Shown here: positions 1-9,852 of the stretch, one piece after another
Numbering within the stretch: the stretch's first letter is position 1
Layout: every line of letters starts with the position of its first letter
Virus record (IMG/VR): IMGVR_UViG_3300025080_000036
Location: 1 to 54,416 of that record
Length of the DNA: 54,416 nt
Origin: a virus
Lineage: Duplodnaviria; Caudoviricetes
Direction: 5' to 3' (one strand)
Program-made: the position numbers and the translations under genes
The notes under the pieces: generated by a model
Database searches by the model: none
What the model was told of the DNA's origin: nothing
What the model saw: the letters and a program-made list of their open reading frames with translations, nothing else

Positions 1-94
1 CCGCAGTGAGCCACCCTGAAGCCAAGCCTCCCACCGTTCTGGATCAACGGTAGGGGAGTTTTGCATGAAATCACCATGCTGGCCTTTCAGGGCA

Positions 95-140
95 AAACAA
101 AAACCACCCACCGACAAACTCTCGTTTATCAATAGATGGT
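95..140 (-). terminator. Probable intrinsic terminator at the left end of the - strand cluster
   Basis: On the - strand ACCATCTATTGATAAAC-GAGA-GTTTGTCGGTGGGTGGT forms a 17-bp stem (several G-U pairs, GNRA loop) followed by TTTTGTTTT. Confidence 0.6.
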
Positions 141-174
141 ACTTAATTTGGCACAGTAACTATCTGTTGATAAA
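125..174. repeat. 50-bp imperfect inverted repeat; candidate serine-recombinase att site
   Basis: TTTATCAATAGATGGT (125-140) vs ACTATCTGTTGATAAA (159-174), 14/16 complementary, centred on 149-150. The att role is inference only. Confidence 0.35.
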
Positions 175-175
175 G

Positions 176-204
176 TGCACCGCCACCGATTCAGAGGCGG
201 TGCA
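176..204 (-). terminator. GC-rich hairpin just downstream of gajB
   Basis: TGCACCGCC (176-184) / GGCGGTGCA (196-204) perfect 9-bp stem about 30 nt past the stop at 236; only a weak U tract follows. Confidence 0.45.
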
Positions 205-235
205 AGTTTTAACGATTTCAATTCTTGCACACCCC

Positions 236-2080
236 TTATGAAGTTGCTACTGCATCTGCCTTTACCAGCTCCACACCATTGATAGTAGCCATACAAGAAA
301 AGACACTATCCCTTTCGTTTCCGTTATAATCTAACCTTTTGGCGCTCGCTGAAACAAACACCTGCTTCCGCGCTCGTGTTATTCCAACATAGAATACCGC
401 CAACTCGTCCAAAGCGTTATCTCGAAAACTCGCTGACAGTGGGTTTGGCAAAGAACACCGATCCTTGGTCGAAGAGGCGGATTTATTCGAGCAATCTTTA
501 CAGGTATAGTATCCGGGGAATACCCATCGTTCCACATCCGCGAGTACAACATAATCCCACTCGAGTCCCTTCGCTCCGTGGACAGTGGAGAGGATAACTT
601 GCGAACCCACATACTCCATAGCCTGTTTCAATTGGCGGTTCTCAAAAATATCCAAAATCAGATTGTACTTGTCCTCGGACAAGATGTCTGAGTAGTCGAT
701 TGATACTTTCTCGACAAGGGCATCAAGCAACCGGAGCAGTGAGTCGATTGTTTTGCCTGCCGCTGCTTCATATGCTTTTTTGATGTTATCCGAGAAAGAG
801 ACCAAAGCCTTCTTGTTGATGCTCTTTGACTTCCCGAACCGCTTTATGAACATCTCTTGGCATTTGTTGTGAAATTCTACATACTCGGCATCTTCGTCTG
901 TGAACATACCGTAGAAGTATGCTACTCTTTTATCGGTAAGTTCTGTTTCTACAATTTCGGCGTTCTTGCCTCGACCTCTGAAAAGGATAGCGATTTTGTC
1001 TGTTCCACCACCCATAAGGGTCTGGACTTTTGCCACAACCTGCTGTGCTTCATCTTGCTGGGTTGTTCCCCAAAAGGCAGGTAACATCGCCACGTCATCA
1101 TCTGAGAAGGTTGGAGAAAAACAAGACGCAGCGTTCTTTCTGATGTTTTTATCCAGTTTTAGCATTTCGGGATTATTACGGAATCGGTAGTTCTTTGACA
1201 GGGCAACTTTAGTCATTCCGTATTTGTCAGCGACCGTAGTCATTATATCAGGCAACGCTCCAATGAAGCCGTAAATCCTCTGTAACGGGTCGCCAAGAAA
1301 AACAAGCTGCGTCTGTTCAACGATAATTGCCTCAAGCAAGCTCCACGCAATGCAGTTTGTGTCTTGAAATTCGTCGACCACAATGAGCGGGTAGTAGCTC
1401 TGATAGAATTTCTTTACCTCAGCAAATTGTTCGAAAACCTCCAACACAAGCAAAATCACTGCATTGTGCGTAATGTAATCCAAAGGCATGAGTTTCCTTG
1501 TGATGATGTCATTATAGCCTTTTCTATCCTTTGTCTCAGGTAATATTCCATACCCAATGTCGCTATCTACTTTAACAATATGGTCTTGCTCATCAGTCGT
1601 TAGAGTATTAGCGATTCCTTTCCATTCTGGCGTAATATTCCCTTTGCTATTTTTTAGTGCGCCTATCGCCCGAAAAAGGTTAATGTCCTTCCGTAAAGCA
1701 TCTGCTACCAGATAGCCATACTTTTTAAGGATACCCTTACAAAAGCCGTGGTAATTTGTGACCGTAACTTTTTTACCTATAACCTCAGGACTGTTTTGAG
1801 AACAGAGCAAAGATGGCAGTTTCTCGGCAACTTCTCGCTTTACCTTAAGCGCGGCGTTCACGCTGAAAGTGAGACCAAGGATGCGCTTAGGGTTCGGTAT
1901 GCCTCCCGAAGTAAATAAATAGGCAATTCGACTAATCATCGTCGTGGTTTTGCCATATCCGGCAGGGGCTTCGACAATCAACCGCAGACTATCTGAAAAA
2001 ATAACCTCAAGCTGTTTCCCATCGCCTTCGTGTTGGACAGAGATTCTCTCCTTTATCTCCACAAGATTGGCGTTAGGCAT
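236..2080 (-). CDS. gajB: UvrD/Rep-family SF1 helicase, Gabija GajB-like
   Basis: Walker A APAGYGKTT, VVDEFQD, GDPLQRIYGF, STVHGAKGLEWD, YVGITRAR; overlaps the OLD-nuclease gene by 8 nt. Confidence 0.85.
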   Translation of the reverse strand: MPNANLVEIKERISVQHEGDGKQLEVIFSDSLRLIVEAPAGYGKTTTMISRIAYLFTSGGIPNPKRILGLTFSVNAALKVKREVAEKLPSLLCSQNSPEVIGKKVTVTNYHGFCKGILKKYGYLVADALRKDINLFRAIGALKNSKGNITPEWKGIANTLTTDEQDHIVKVDSDIGYGILPETKDRKGYNDIITRKLMPLDYITHNAVILLVLEVFEQFAEVKKFYQSYYPLIVVDEFQDTNCIAWSLLEAIIVEQTQLVFLGDPLQRIYGFIGALPDIMTTVADKYGMTKVALSKNYRFRNNPEMLKLDKNIRKNAASCFSPTFSDDDVAMLPAFWGTTQQDEAQQVVAKVQTLMGGGTDKIAILFRGRGKNAEIVETELTDKRVAYFYGMFTDEDAEYVEFHNKCQEMFIKRFGKSKSINKKALVSFSDNIKKAYEAAAGKTIDSLLRLLDALVEKVSIDYSDILSEDKYNLILDIFENRQLKQAMEYVGSQVILSTVHGAKGLEWDYVVLADVERWVFPGYYTCKDCSNKSASSTKDRCSLPNPLSASFRDNALDELAVFYVGITRARKQVFVSASAKRLDYNGNERDSVFSCMATINGVELVKADAVATS

Positions 2081-3824
2081 TGGTCGCCACCTCCTGCGCT
2101 TTCTTTATCGCATCACTATAGCAAGCGGGTATGAGTTCTGCGGAGAGCGATTCGCCGACGATACGTCCAAGGAGGACGCCCTTCTTTGCCATAAACCATG
2201 CTGAATACATCCGACAGAATTCAACTTCGTTGGTGTCGCTTACATCTGACAACTTCTTAGGGGTGTAGCCGTTGATATCTACGCCCATCTTCTTGAAATG
2301 CTTCTGAACGAAATCCACGTCCATTGCTATTGACTCGGCTTTGCGGTCTAAATCCAGTGCAATCGCACGAACAACCGAAGCCTTATCGTTGGCAAATAGA
2401 GTCTTGACGATTTCAATCTCGAAACATAGTTCTTTTGTGAAAAACTCATCCTCCGTAGCAGTATGACCAGTTCTAACATCCCCGTCGTAAATGGCAATGC
2501 TTGGAATGGCAAACAGCTTCAGCAGCTGGCGAAGCGGCTTGATAGAACCCTCGCCCCTTGCATTTATCACGCAAATGCCGTAGTCATCCAAATCAACGCC
2601 TATCTTATCGGAAAAAGCGCGGATACAGCCGTATTCCGTCCCGCCTTCAATCAACATAGCGCATTTGGCATAGAACGCCTCCTTGATTTCAGGGAAGTGC
2701 ATAATGAGATGCTTTTCATCCTCGGTCTTAATACGCCCCTCGTTATTCGTGTGTTCAATCGGACGCAAATCATAGCCACTGATGACCGCAGTCTTATCCC
2801 CGTCCTTATAGAAACGGATAAGGTTGCGGTAATCCCCGACCAATGCATCCGTCGAATGCGTGACTATAATCAACTGCCCGTCGATACCGTCCACACCAAA
2901 GCAAATCTTCAGCAGGTCGACAAACTCGGAATCTTCGTTACGCAAGATTCGCTTGTAGTAGCCGATAAGTGACCTCTGCAAATATGGATGCAGGTGGACT
3001 TCCGGCTCGTCAATCGACAGCACGAGCGGCAATAGTTTTTTACCGTTGTCATCGGTATATAGTTGTTCCTCGAACGGAGCGGACTTGCTTTTGTACAACT
3101 CCATTATCTGGCACAGAATATTTATTGAAGCCATCGCCATATACTGTACTCCGCTCCCTGTGGTTTCAATCTTTCTGTCGCCGTCGGAAAGATAAAAAAG
3201 GCTTGCCAGCATTTCCGTCGGGTTCGGAGCGATAGTCGCCTTTATAGAGTAGTCACGAAAACTACGGATTTTGCCTAGATGACCGTTAATAAACTCCCTT
3301 AAACTATCTACTTGCGTGTCGTTCAAAAACGATGGAACGCCATCGCCAATAAACCTTCCAATGATTCCATTGATGAGGAGGCCCGCTCCTTTTTGGGAAT
3401 CAAGGCGCAACTCCCTGCTCGGCACAGATGTAGTCTCATATTTCAGGAAATTGATTTTCCTGATGAGCCTTGCCTGTATACTCTCGTTTGAGTCCGCACT
3501 GACGATTGTTGGATAGGCTTCCTTAATGGTTTGACGGTAACGAATCTTGAGCAATGAAGCATCATCCGGCGAAAAGTTATCGCCGAAAAAACCCTGCTCA
3601 TTAGGGAGCAGTCTGATATCCAATTCGACCTCGATGGCTTTATCAGGGTCAGAAAAGTCCTTCTCGTCAAACCCCTTGCCGTTACACACGGTGCCAAGGA
3701 GCGACAGGAAGTTGCTCTTTCCCAGATTGTTCTCCCCGATGATGTAATTACAATCCGGATTGAAGCAAATAGTTATACCGTCGATATTTCTATAGTTAGA
3801 GACCTTAATATATGAAATCCTCAT
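2073..3824 (-). CDS. gajA: OLD-family ATP-dependent nuclease (ABC ATPase + TOPRIM), Gabija GajA-like, 583 aa
   Basis: Start moved to ATG 3824 (GGAGGG RBS; MRISYIKVSNYRNI). GENNLGKS Walker A, IDEPEVHLHP Walker B, IIVTHS, TOPRIM IEGGTE and YDGD. Confidence 0.85.
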   Translation of the reverse strand: MRISYIKVSNYRNIDGITICFNPDCNYIIGENNLGKSNFLSLLGTVCNGKGFDEKDFSDPDKAIEVELDIRLLPNEQGFFGDNFSPDDASLLKIRYRQTIKEAYPTIVSADSNESIQARLIRKINFLKYETTSVPSRELRLDSQKGAGLLINGIIGRFIGDGVPSFLNDTQVDSLREFINGHLGKIRSFRDYSIKATIAPNPTEMLASLFYLSDGDRKIETTGSGVQYMAMASINILCQIMELYKSKSAPFEEQLYTDDNGKKLLPLVLSIDEPEVHLHPYLQRSLIGYYKRILRNEDSEFVDLLKICFGVDGIDGQLIIVTHSTDALVGDYRNLIRFYKDGDKTAVISGYDLRPIEHTNNEGRIKTEDEKHLIMHFPEIKEAFYAKCAMLIEGGTEYGCIRAFSDKIGVDLDDYGICVINARGEGSIKPLRQLLKLFAIPSIAIYDGDVRTGHTATEDEFFTKELCFEIEIVKTLFANDKASVVRAIALDLDRKAESIAMDVDFVQKHFKKMGVDINGYTPKKLSDVSDTNEVEFCRMYSAWFMAKKGVLLGRIVGESLSAELIPACYSDAIKKAQEVATNA

Positions 3825-3972
3825 AAACCCTCCCGCGAAGTATATTCTCCGCCCTCTTCCTCTAACCCCGAATTCCATGGCCCGTAGCGTCAGAAAGTTC
3901 TCGGAGATTGTCCGCACAGCCTGCTTGGTGAAGCCTTCCGCTAACTCGGCTTTGTTAGATTCGGATATTACA

Positions 3973-4103
3973 CTACAAATACAGCTTGCCGTTGTGCCGC
4001 ATTATCGTGGTTACGTGCTAGTCGGATACCTCGTCAAACTTGTAATCCTCGTAGGCGGCGGGGAACGTCAGGCATCAGTCGATGAGGTCTTGGGGCGGGT
4101 CAA
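3973..4103 (-). pseudogene. Decayed MmcQ/YjbR-like gene remnant
   Basis: TTG start overlapping the upstream TGA; reads MTR/(shift)QDLID*CLTFPAAYEDYKFDEVSD*HVTTIMRHNGKLYL*, resembling the recalled N-terminus LIDYCLTFPAAYEDYPFD...MRH of MmcQ/YjbR proteins. Confidence 0.5.
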
Positions 4104-4741
4104 AGACCGCACCTCCCGCATGTTTTGCCAAGCGGACAGCCCTTGCAGGACGGCTTTTTCCGGCAATGCTCCTTAGCGTTAATCACGATAAGGGCGTGGA
4201 AGCTGTTGTAAACCCCCGCGCTTTGCGGCAAGTTGCCCTCGAAGTATGCCTTGACCTCAGTGTAGCCTTTGCCCGCTTTTATCGGATACCGGCCGCAAAG
4301 CCGGACAGTGTAATCGTCCACCACGAAGGTCGGGAAGCCGAAAGCATAGAGCAATATCGAATCGGCGGTTTCCTGCCCGACGCCCTGTGTCGAGAGCAGT
4401 TCAGATCGCAGCTTAGTGAGCGACTCCCGTTGTACGGTTGGCACGTCATAATCGTAGTTAGCGTACCAAGCCGTGACTGCTTTCAAGTATCCAGCCTTCT
4501 GGTTGAAGAAACCCGCAGGTCGGATTATCTCCGTCAGTTCAGTAAGATCAGCGTTCGCCACGGTTTCAGGCGAGAGGTTCTCGCCAAAACTGGCGATTGC
4601 CTTCTCAACGTTGCCCCACACCGTGTTCTGGGTCAGCACTGCACCGACGATAACCTCATATGGCGTTTTCGCAGGCCACCAGTGCAAATCCCCGTAACGA
4701 GCGAGGAGCGTTTCGTATATGGATAACAGCTTATCGTCCAT
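4100..4741 (-). CDS. Endonuclease III-related HhH-GPD DNA glycosylase with 4Fe-4S motif
   Basis: GAVLTQNT, HhH LLSTQGVGQETAD, VVDDY aspartate, C-terminal CRKKPSCKGCPLGKTC four-cysteine cluster. Confidence 0.85.
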   Translation of the reverse strand: MDDKLLSIYETLLARYGDLHWWPAKTPYEVIVGAVLTQNTVWGNVEKAIASFGENLSPETVANADLTELTEIIRPAGFFNQKAGYLKAVTAWYANYDYDVPTVQRESLTKLRSELLSTQGVGQETADSILLYAFGFPTFVVDDYTVRLCGRYPIKAGKGYTEVKAYFEGNLPQSAGVYNSFHALIVINAKEHCRKKPSCKGCPLGKTCGRCGL

Positions 4742-4752
4742 TACGACCTCAT

Positions 4753-5189
4753 TTACTTTAGGATTACGCTTCTGTATGTGGTCTCAACCGTGTCTGCGCA
4801 CTTCGACACGTCTGCTTTAATGTCGCTTTCCCAAATCCTTAACACAATCCAACCGTCACGTACCAAACGAGCGGTATGCTCTTTATCACGACTCATGTTG
4901 CCGAGGATTTTGTCGCGCCAGTACTGCGTTTATCGTTTTAACTCATCCTCTAAAGAAGCCTGCCCTCGTATAGCCCAGAGTTGTGCCCGTGCCAGAAGTC
5001 ACCATCACAGAAGACCACTATTTTCGCTCTTGTAAATACGATGTCCGGCTTACCGGGGAGCGATTTCACATTTACCTTGTAGCGCAATCCGCGCGACCAT
5101 AACGCGCGTCGGGGCGCAAGTTCTGGTCTGGTGTTTTTGGACTTCACGGCGGACATTATCTTGTGGGTAATTTCCGGTGTCCGTGCCAT
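4753..5189 (-). pseudogene. vsr: Very-short-patch repair endonuclease Vsr, disrupted
   Basis: IMSAVKSKNTRPE, LPGKPDIVF, FCDGDFWHGH, then a frameshift at about 4978-4979. The other frame continues WAIRG...KR*(TAA 4930-4932)TQYWRDKILGNMSRD...GWIVLRIWESD to TAA 4753. Confidence 0.88.
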
Positions 5190-5208
5190 AAGCTCACCTC
5201 TAAACCTG

Positions 5209-5790
5209 TCAATCGTTGCAGAATATAGCTTGAACACCAACCGTCGCGAGAGCGGTAGTTATATGTTTCTTATCAGCAATGGTTAGACTGTTGCTTGTGA
5301 CGACAAGGTGCAAACAAATCGCAGGAGTTTGTCCGTTAATCGTGAGACCCGGTTCGCGCGCTATAAGTTGCAACGCTTTTCTCAAAGCGGTTTCCCATTT
5401 TAGAACGGTGCCGCCGCTAACGACGAATATTCTCCCATCGTTAGAACATGACACGGAAACCCTCGCGTCTTTGCCAGTACATTGTTGTATTACAGATGAT
5501 TCAGTGCCGTATATCTGCTGAATGGTATCAGTAGGCGATACGCCTTCAAGTGCGTTCCTCGTGACCCGCTTTGCATAAGCATTAAGTATTGCGTCCTTAA
5601 TATACGTGCGAACATTTTCTTTCGGCATATATTCACGCAGCACACCTCCAATCTCGGACTCTTCGACCAATGAGTCCAAGAACTGGTTGTTTTCCGTACG
5701 GTTGCGCGTACTATAACCAAAATCATCTGCTCTGGAGTATACAAGTGCTTTTACCTGCACCGCTTTTTTGTTTGGAAGTTTTTTCGCCAT
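5209..5790 (-). CDS. Hypothetical protein (193 aa) in the MTase/MORC operon
   Basis: Intact ORF, GGAGGG RBS, 1 nt from the upstream stop; no motif recognised. Confidence 0.75.
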   Translation of the reverse strand: MAKKLPNKKAVQVKALVYSRADDFGYSTRNRTENNQFLDSLVEESEIGGVLREYMPKENVRTYIKDAILNAYAKRVTRNALEGVSPTDTIQQIYGTESSVIQQCTGKDARVSVSCSNDGRIFVVSGGTVLKWETALRKALQLIAREPGLTINGQTPAICLHLVVTSNSLTIADKKHITTALATVGVQAIFCND

Positions 5791-5791
5791 A

Positions 5792-7450
5792 TCAAAATCC
5801 CTCCGGAAATTTCAGCTTGGTTTCATCGTCCGAATCGCCCAAGTTCGCAACATCCTCAAGCCATACGTTGACGAAACTCTCCATTCTCGCGTCAGAGAAT
5901 GATACAAAGCCTTCCTGAAGGTAAACGACCTCGTTTTCTACGCCTTTGGCTTTTCCCTCCCTGTTCATTTCAATCATATCCGCCATACGGCGAATGTCCG
6001 AAACGAAGTCCAGTACGATGACCTTCTCCTTACCCTCCGATAGCCGCAACCCGCGTCCAAGTTGCTGAACGAAAATCCGACGCGAGTGAGTTGCCCGCAG
6101 AAACACAAGGATGTTGACGTCAGGTATGTCTATACCTTCGTTCATCACATCGACGGCACTAACCGCTTGGTATGTTCCTGCAGCAAACGCAAGCAACCGC
6201 CTTCGTCGCTCGGCTTTGTCCACCCTTGATAAGGCGGCGCAAGGTATTCCTGACGCCGATAGCATATCTGCGAAGCGATTACTGTGTTCAATAGAGGGCG
6301 AAAATATCGCTATCCTCGGATTTGGAATGTCCTTAACAACCCGACGAATCTCAGAGATTACCGCTTCGTCGCGTTGTGGCAGGAACAACCTCTTATTGAG
6401 GTCTCGAATTGAGAGATTTTGCCTGCTCATCCTCTCCATATTGTTCCAGTCCACGTTGTCGCACAGAATGCGGTAATCTACCTTTGAAAGGTAGCCCATT
6501 GCCATGCCATCAACAAGCGACACCTTTTCCAGAGCCTCTCCGAACACCGTTGTAAGACTTTGCCCGTCACCACGCCAAGGTGTGGCGGTCATTCCGATTA
6601 ATAACTTCGGCTTAAGGTGTTCAAGGCAAGTGCGAAAACCGTGCGCGAGGGCGTGATGCGCTTCATCGACTATCACGACATCGAACTGGTCTGGTTCAAT
6701 CCCCGAAAGATACCCATAAAGGCTTTGGTAAAGCCCAAAGGAGATGCCCTCGGTGTCACGCGGCGGCAAGCCGTCAAAGAACACCGAAGTCGGCACCTCC
6801 TTTTTTATTTGCGGCCAGAACCCTTGCTCTAACTGTAGAGCCAAGTCGGTAGCGTGGCACAAGACAAGTATCCGTCGGCATCCCTTCTCCCAGAGTTCAC
6901 GAGCGATTGTCGCCGCGATTACAGTCTTGCCAAGCCCTGTGGCGACGATATAGAAGGCTCGCTTATCGCCTCGTTCATAAACCGCGAGAACCTTTTGGAC
7001 AATTTTATCTTGATACTGGCGTAAGCCTCGCCGACCGGCATGGTCATCCATCATCTGATTTATGAGGGCTTGAATAAACGCGCCGTTCCATAGTTTCAGG
7101 GTGTACCCGTTTTTCTCAAGCTGCTCCTGTCGCTGACGAGCGGTTTTGGTAAACTCCCCGTTAGTGGCAACAGCGGCAATGTTAGCGTCATAGTATGACA
7201 AAGCGTCAATTGCTTCTTTCAAGGCTTGGGGGCCAATATATCGGTCACCGGAAACAGCCTTTGCCTGAACAACCCAAGACCTCACTTGCTGGGCTTCCGG
7301 GTGAGTGGCGAGAATATCGCACCCTTTGTCTCCGGCACCGCCGATGACAGTAGTGTCGTTCCAACCCAAATGCCCCATCAGTCTGGCGACTGCTCGTTCA
7401 AGCCCCTTCCAGTTATAACCGTTTGATATATCATCGGTATAAAAATTCAT
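5792..7450 (-). CDS. Mrr-like restriction endonuclease domain fused to a ResIII-type SF2 DEAH helicase
   Basis: N-terminal LERAV...GAGDKGCDIL...VQAK (Mrr-type motif); ATGLGKT, IVDEAHH, GMTATP, EGIDIPDV, QQLGRGLR. Confidence 0.85.
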   Translation of the reverse strand: MNFYTDDISNGYNWKGLERAVARLMGHLGWNDTTVIGGAGDKGCDILATHPEAQQVRSWVVQAKAVSGDRYIGPQALKEAIDALSYYDANIAAVATNGEFTKTARQRQEQLEKNGYTLKLWNGAFIQALINQMMDDHAGRRGLRQYQDKIVQKVLAVYERGDKRAFYIVATGLGKTVIAATIARELWEKGCRRILVLCHATDLALQLEQGFWPQIKKEVPTSVFFDGLPPRDTEGISFGLYQSLYGYLSGIEPDQFDVVIVDEAHHALAHGFRTCLEHLKPKLLIGMTATPWRGDGQSLTTVFGEALEKVSLVDGMAMGYLSKVDYRILCDNVDWNNMERMSRQNLSIRDLNKRLFLPQRDEAVISEIRRVVKDIPNPRIAIFSPSIEHSNRFADMLSASGIPCAALSRVDKAERRRRLLAFAAGTYQAVSAVDVMNEGIDIPDVNILVFLRATHSRRIFVQQLGRGLRLSEGKEKVIVLDFVSDIRRMADMIEMNREGKAKGVENEVVYLQEGFVSFSDARMESFVNVWLEDVANLGDSDDETKLKFPEGF

Positions 7451-9852
7451 GCGTTCAACTCCTTAAGCAAGAAGTCCACGCTTAACGACGCGCGAGCGAG
7501 CTCGTTTTTCTGAACACGCTGACTATAGCCAGATATAACCCGAAGAGCGTCCTTTATGAAGGAAAGGGTGCGGTCTTTGGACTCATCACGGGCGCGTTGG
7601 GTCGCTTTTTCGTCTTGCAGATTGATAGCCGTATAAGGCGTTTGAAGAACTTTTCCATCAAAAACATCCTCGGGGAATCGTTCAATCAGCCTATACAGCG
7701 CTTTGGGCGGCACAAAATCTATCGCGTCATACCCCGCCGCCATACCCGATTGAAACGCAGTAAGCAAGGCGGTATTTGATTGGATGAGATTTGTTATGGT
7801 TTCCTCGACCTCACCAGCCGACTCATGGATACAGTTAACCGCCTCAGCGGCTCGGTCTTTAAGAGCCACATTCAGTCTCTCACGTAGCAGTTCGAAAGCG
7901 CTACTCGCTCTGTCCTGAAGCGATTGTCTATCGATTTTCGCTTCTTGCATAGTCGTTTCCACAAGTTCTGCGTAAACTGATACCAAGTCGGGAAGGCTGT
8001 CGCGAGCCTTAAGTTTCTCAGACAGATACTGCAACAGCAACATCTTAGCAGTTATCGGGTATTGCGCGAGTACCGGATGAGACGGATCGTAAACAAAGTC
8101 GCAATCGATACCATCAGACTGGAAGAAACACGATCTTTTATTACCACGATAATAAATCGCCCCACGGTTCAACTCGTACACACGGACGTTTAGTGAGCCT
8201 GTATTACCGAACCTATAGTTCCGTCCGCTCAACTGGCTAACAGGTGCAGCCCGTTGGATAAGTTCATCCAATTTCGATGTTTCAGGCGCGGCCGGAGCTG
8301 GGGCTGGTTGCGGTGGCGCAACAGGCGGCGCACTGGGTTGCGAACCGCTTGATGAGGTCTGTGGGTCATTCACGGTTTGCGGCGGCGGCGAAATCGCGCC
8401 GCTAATGTATGCCCCAATATCGTCAGACGGTGTTTCGCCCGTATTTACAGCGGTAGTTGCACTCGCTCCTCCCGTACTTTGCTTCTGGTCTTCTTCTTGC
8501 GCGGCTTTCCACCACAAGATATCATCGAGATAGTCGCGCATTCCTTTTTTGAATTCAGCTGCGTATCTCTTCGCAACATCGTTAGGCGCGAATAGGCACT
8601 TTGTGCCTTTATCAACCCGTCGGTAAGCGTTAGCAAGCACACCAAGCGGGGAGGTGTTCTGCTCCGAGAATCCGAGTGCCTTCCTCGATTTGGGGAGGAA
8701 GGGACCCACACCGCAGATGGCTTCCACGGTCTGCGCCCAAGAATTGTCCGCGCGGTCGAAGTCGCTCTTTTGGTAGGTCGGGAGCAAGTAGTCGACATTT
8801 AACTCACCGATGATACGACCGCCGACCGTAGTGCCAAGTTCAAGTGGGTATTGGAGTTCTTTTTGCCCTGTTATAGGGTTCTCGTATTGGAACAGCGACT
8901 TATCAGAGATAAGAATCTTACGACCATTCCTGATGAAGTCGATGCCGAAATCATTGGGGTCAGCGTACCTTTGGATGCCAAGCCAACCCGTAAGCCTCTT
9001 GCCGCGCTCGACGATGTGCGCCGGCAGCGCGTGCCCCTCTTGCTGACCGACGTAATATTCCTCGGCCTCATCGGCGTTCAGGTAGCAATTGCGGGAAAGG
9101 TCAAAGAGGGCATCTCCGAGGTTTCTGTCTATTGTCACATAGGCGGAGACATTCTGGTCGTTATGGCGCACATAGCGCGACTCAGACCAACGGCAGTGGT
9201 TGCGCGGGCGCAGCGGTCTGCCCTTAACGGTTATAGTAATTTCCTGATTGTTTAAAAGCGGCGCATACACAGCTTCAAGCCGTTGCCGTATATCATTTTC
9301 TTTGTTCGGAAGCTCAGAAAGTATGCCTTGGCGTAGCCGCGAGATAGTTATCCTGGTGCCATGCTCTTGCGGGTCGGCTTTCCGCTTACGGATGACCGGC
9401 GCGTCAAACCGCTTGGTATCAATCAGCTTCTGGAAGTCTATCTTGATACCAACCCAGTCGGCGTCGCCGCTTCGCGTTGACATTATAGTAGTTACCTCAC
9501 CCAGTCGCGCGGTTGAAATGTTAAACCCCATACCGAAAAGCCCCAAGTTACCTATTGGGTCGTTGCTTGAATAGCCCGCCCGCACAGCGTTCTGTAATTG
9601 GTCGATGCCCATACCGCAAGCGTTGTCAGTAACTTCAATGGTGCGGTCGACGGCGGCAACGGAGTCAGAAGCCCAAGTCACAGTGATACGCCGCTCAACT
9701 TCTTCTGGCGTAGCGGTCTTGTCCGAAAGGAATGCGTCAATGGAGTTGTCAATCAATTCAGCGACGCATTGCCATGTTTGAAATGGTATTTCGCCCAGTG
9801 TCCGCAAGATTCGCGGAGTCGGCGTGATGTCCAATGTGTTCATATTACTCAT
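7447..9852 (-). CDS. GHKL (MORC/HSP90-like) ATPase, 801 aa
   Basis: AELIDNSIDA, DNACGM, GLFGMGF, HGTRITI Bergerat-fold motifs; central Pro/Ser-rich linker; unrecognised helical C-terminus. Confidence 0.85.
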   Translation of the reverse strand: MSNMNTLDITPTPRILRTLGEIPFQTWQCVAELIDNSIDAFLSDKTATPEEVERRITVTWASDSVAAVDRTIEVTDNACGMGIDQLQNAVRAGYSSNDPIGNLGLFGMGFNISTARLGEVTTIMSTRSGDADWVGIKIDFQKLIDTKRFDAPVIRKRKADPQEHGTRITISRLRQGILSELPNKENDIRQRLEAVYAPLLNNQEITITVKGRPLRPRNHCRWSESRYVRHNDQNVSAYVTIDRNLGDALFDLSRNCYLNADEAEEYYVGQQEGHALPAHIVERGKRLTGWLGIQRYADPNDFGIDFIRNGRKILISDKSLFQYENPITGQKELQYPLELGTTVGGRIIGELNVDYLLPTYQKSDFDRADNSWAQTVEAICGVGPFLPKSRKALGFSEQNTSPLGVLANAYRRVDKGTKCLFAPNDVAKRYAAEFKKGMRDYLDDILWWKAAQEEDQKQSTGGASATTAVNTGETPSDDIGAYISGAISPPPQTVNDPQTSSSGSQPSAPPVAPPQPAPAPAAPETSKLDELIQRAAPVSQLSGRNYRFGNTGSLNVRVYELNRGAIYYRGNKRSCFFQSDGIDCDFVYDPSHPVLAQYPITAKMLLLQYLSEKLKARDSLPDLVSVYAELVETTMQEAKIDRQSLQDRASSAFELLRERLNVALKDRAAEAVNCIHESAGEVEETITNLIQSNTALLTAFQSGMAAGYDAIDFVPPKALYRLIERFPEDVFDGKVLQTPYTAINLQDEKATQRARDESKDRTLSFIKDALRVISGYSQRVQKNELARASLSVDFLLKELNA

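Noticed and set aside
3825-3917. 31-aa N-terminal extension of GajA
   Set aside because: The RBS and the typical OLD-family N-terminus point to ATG 3824.
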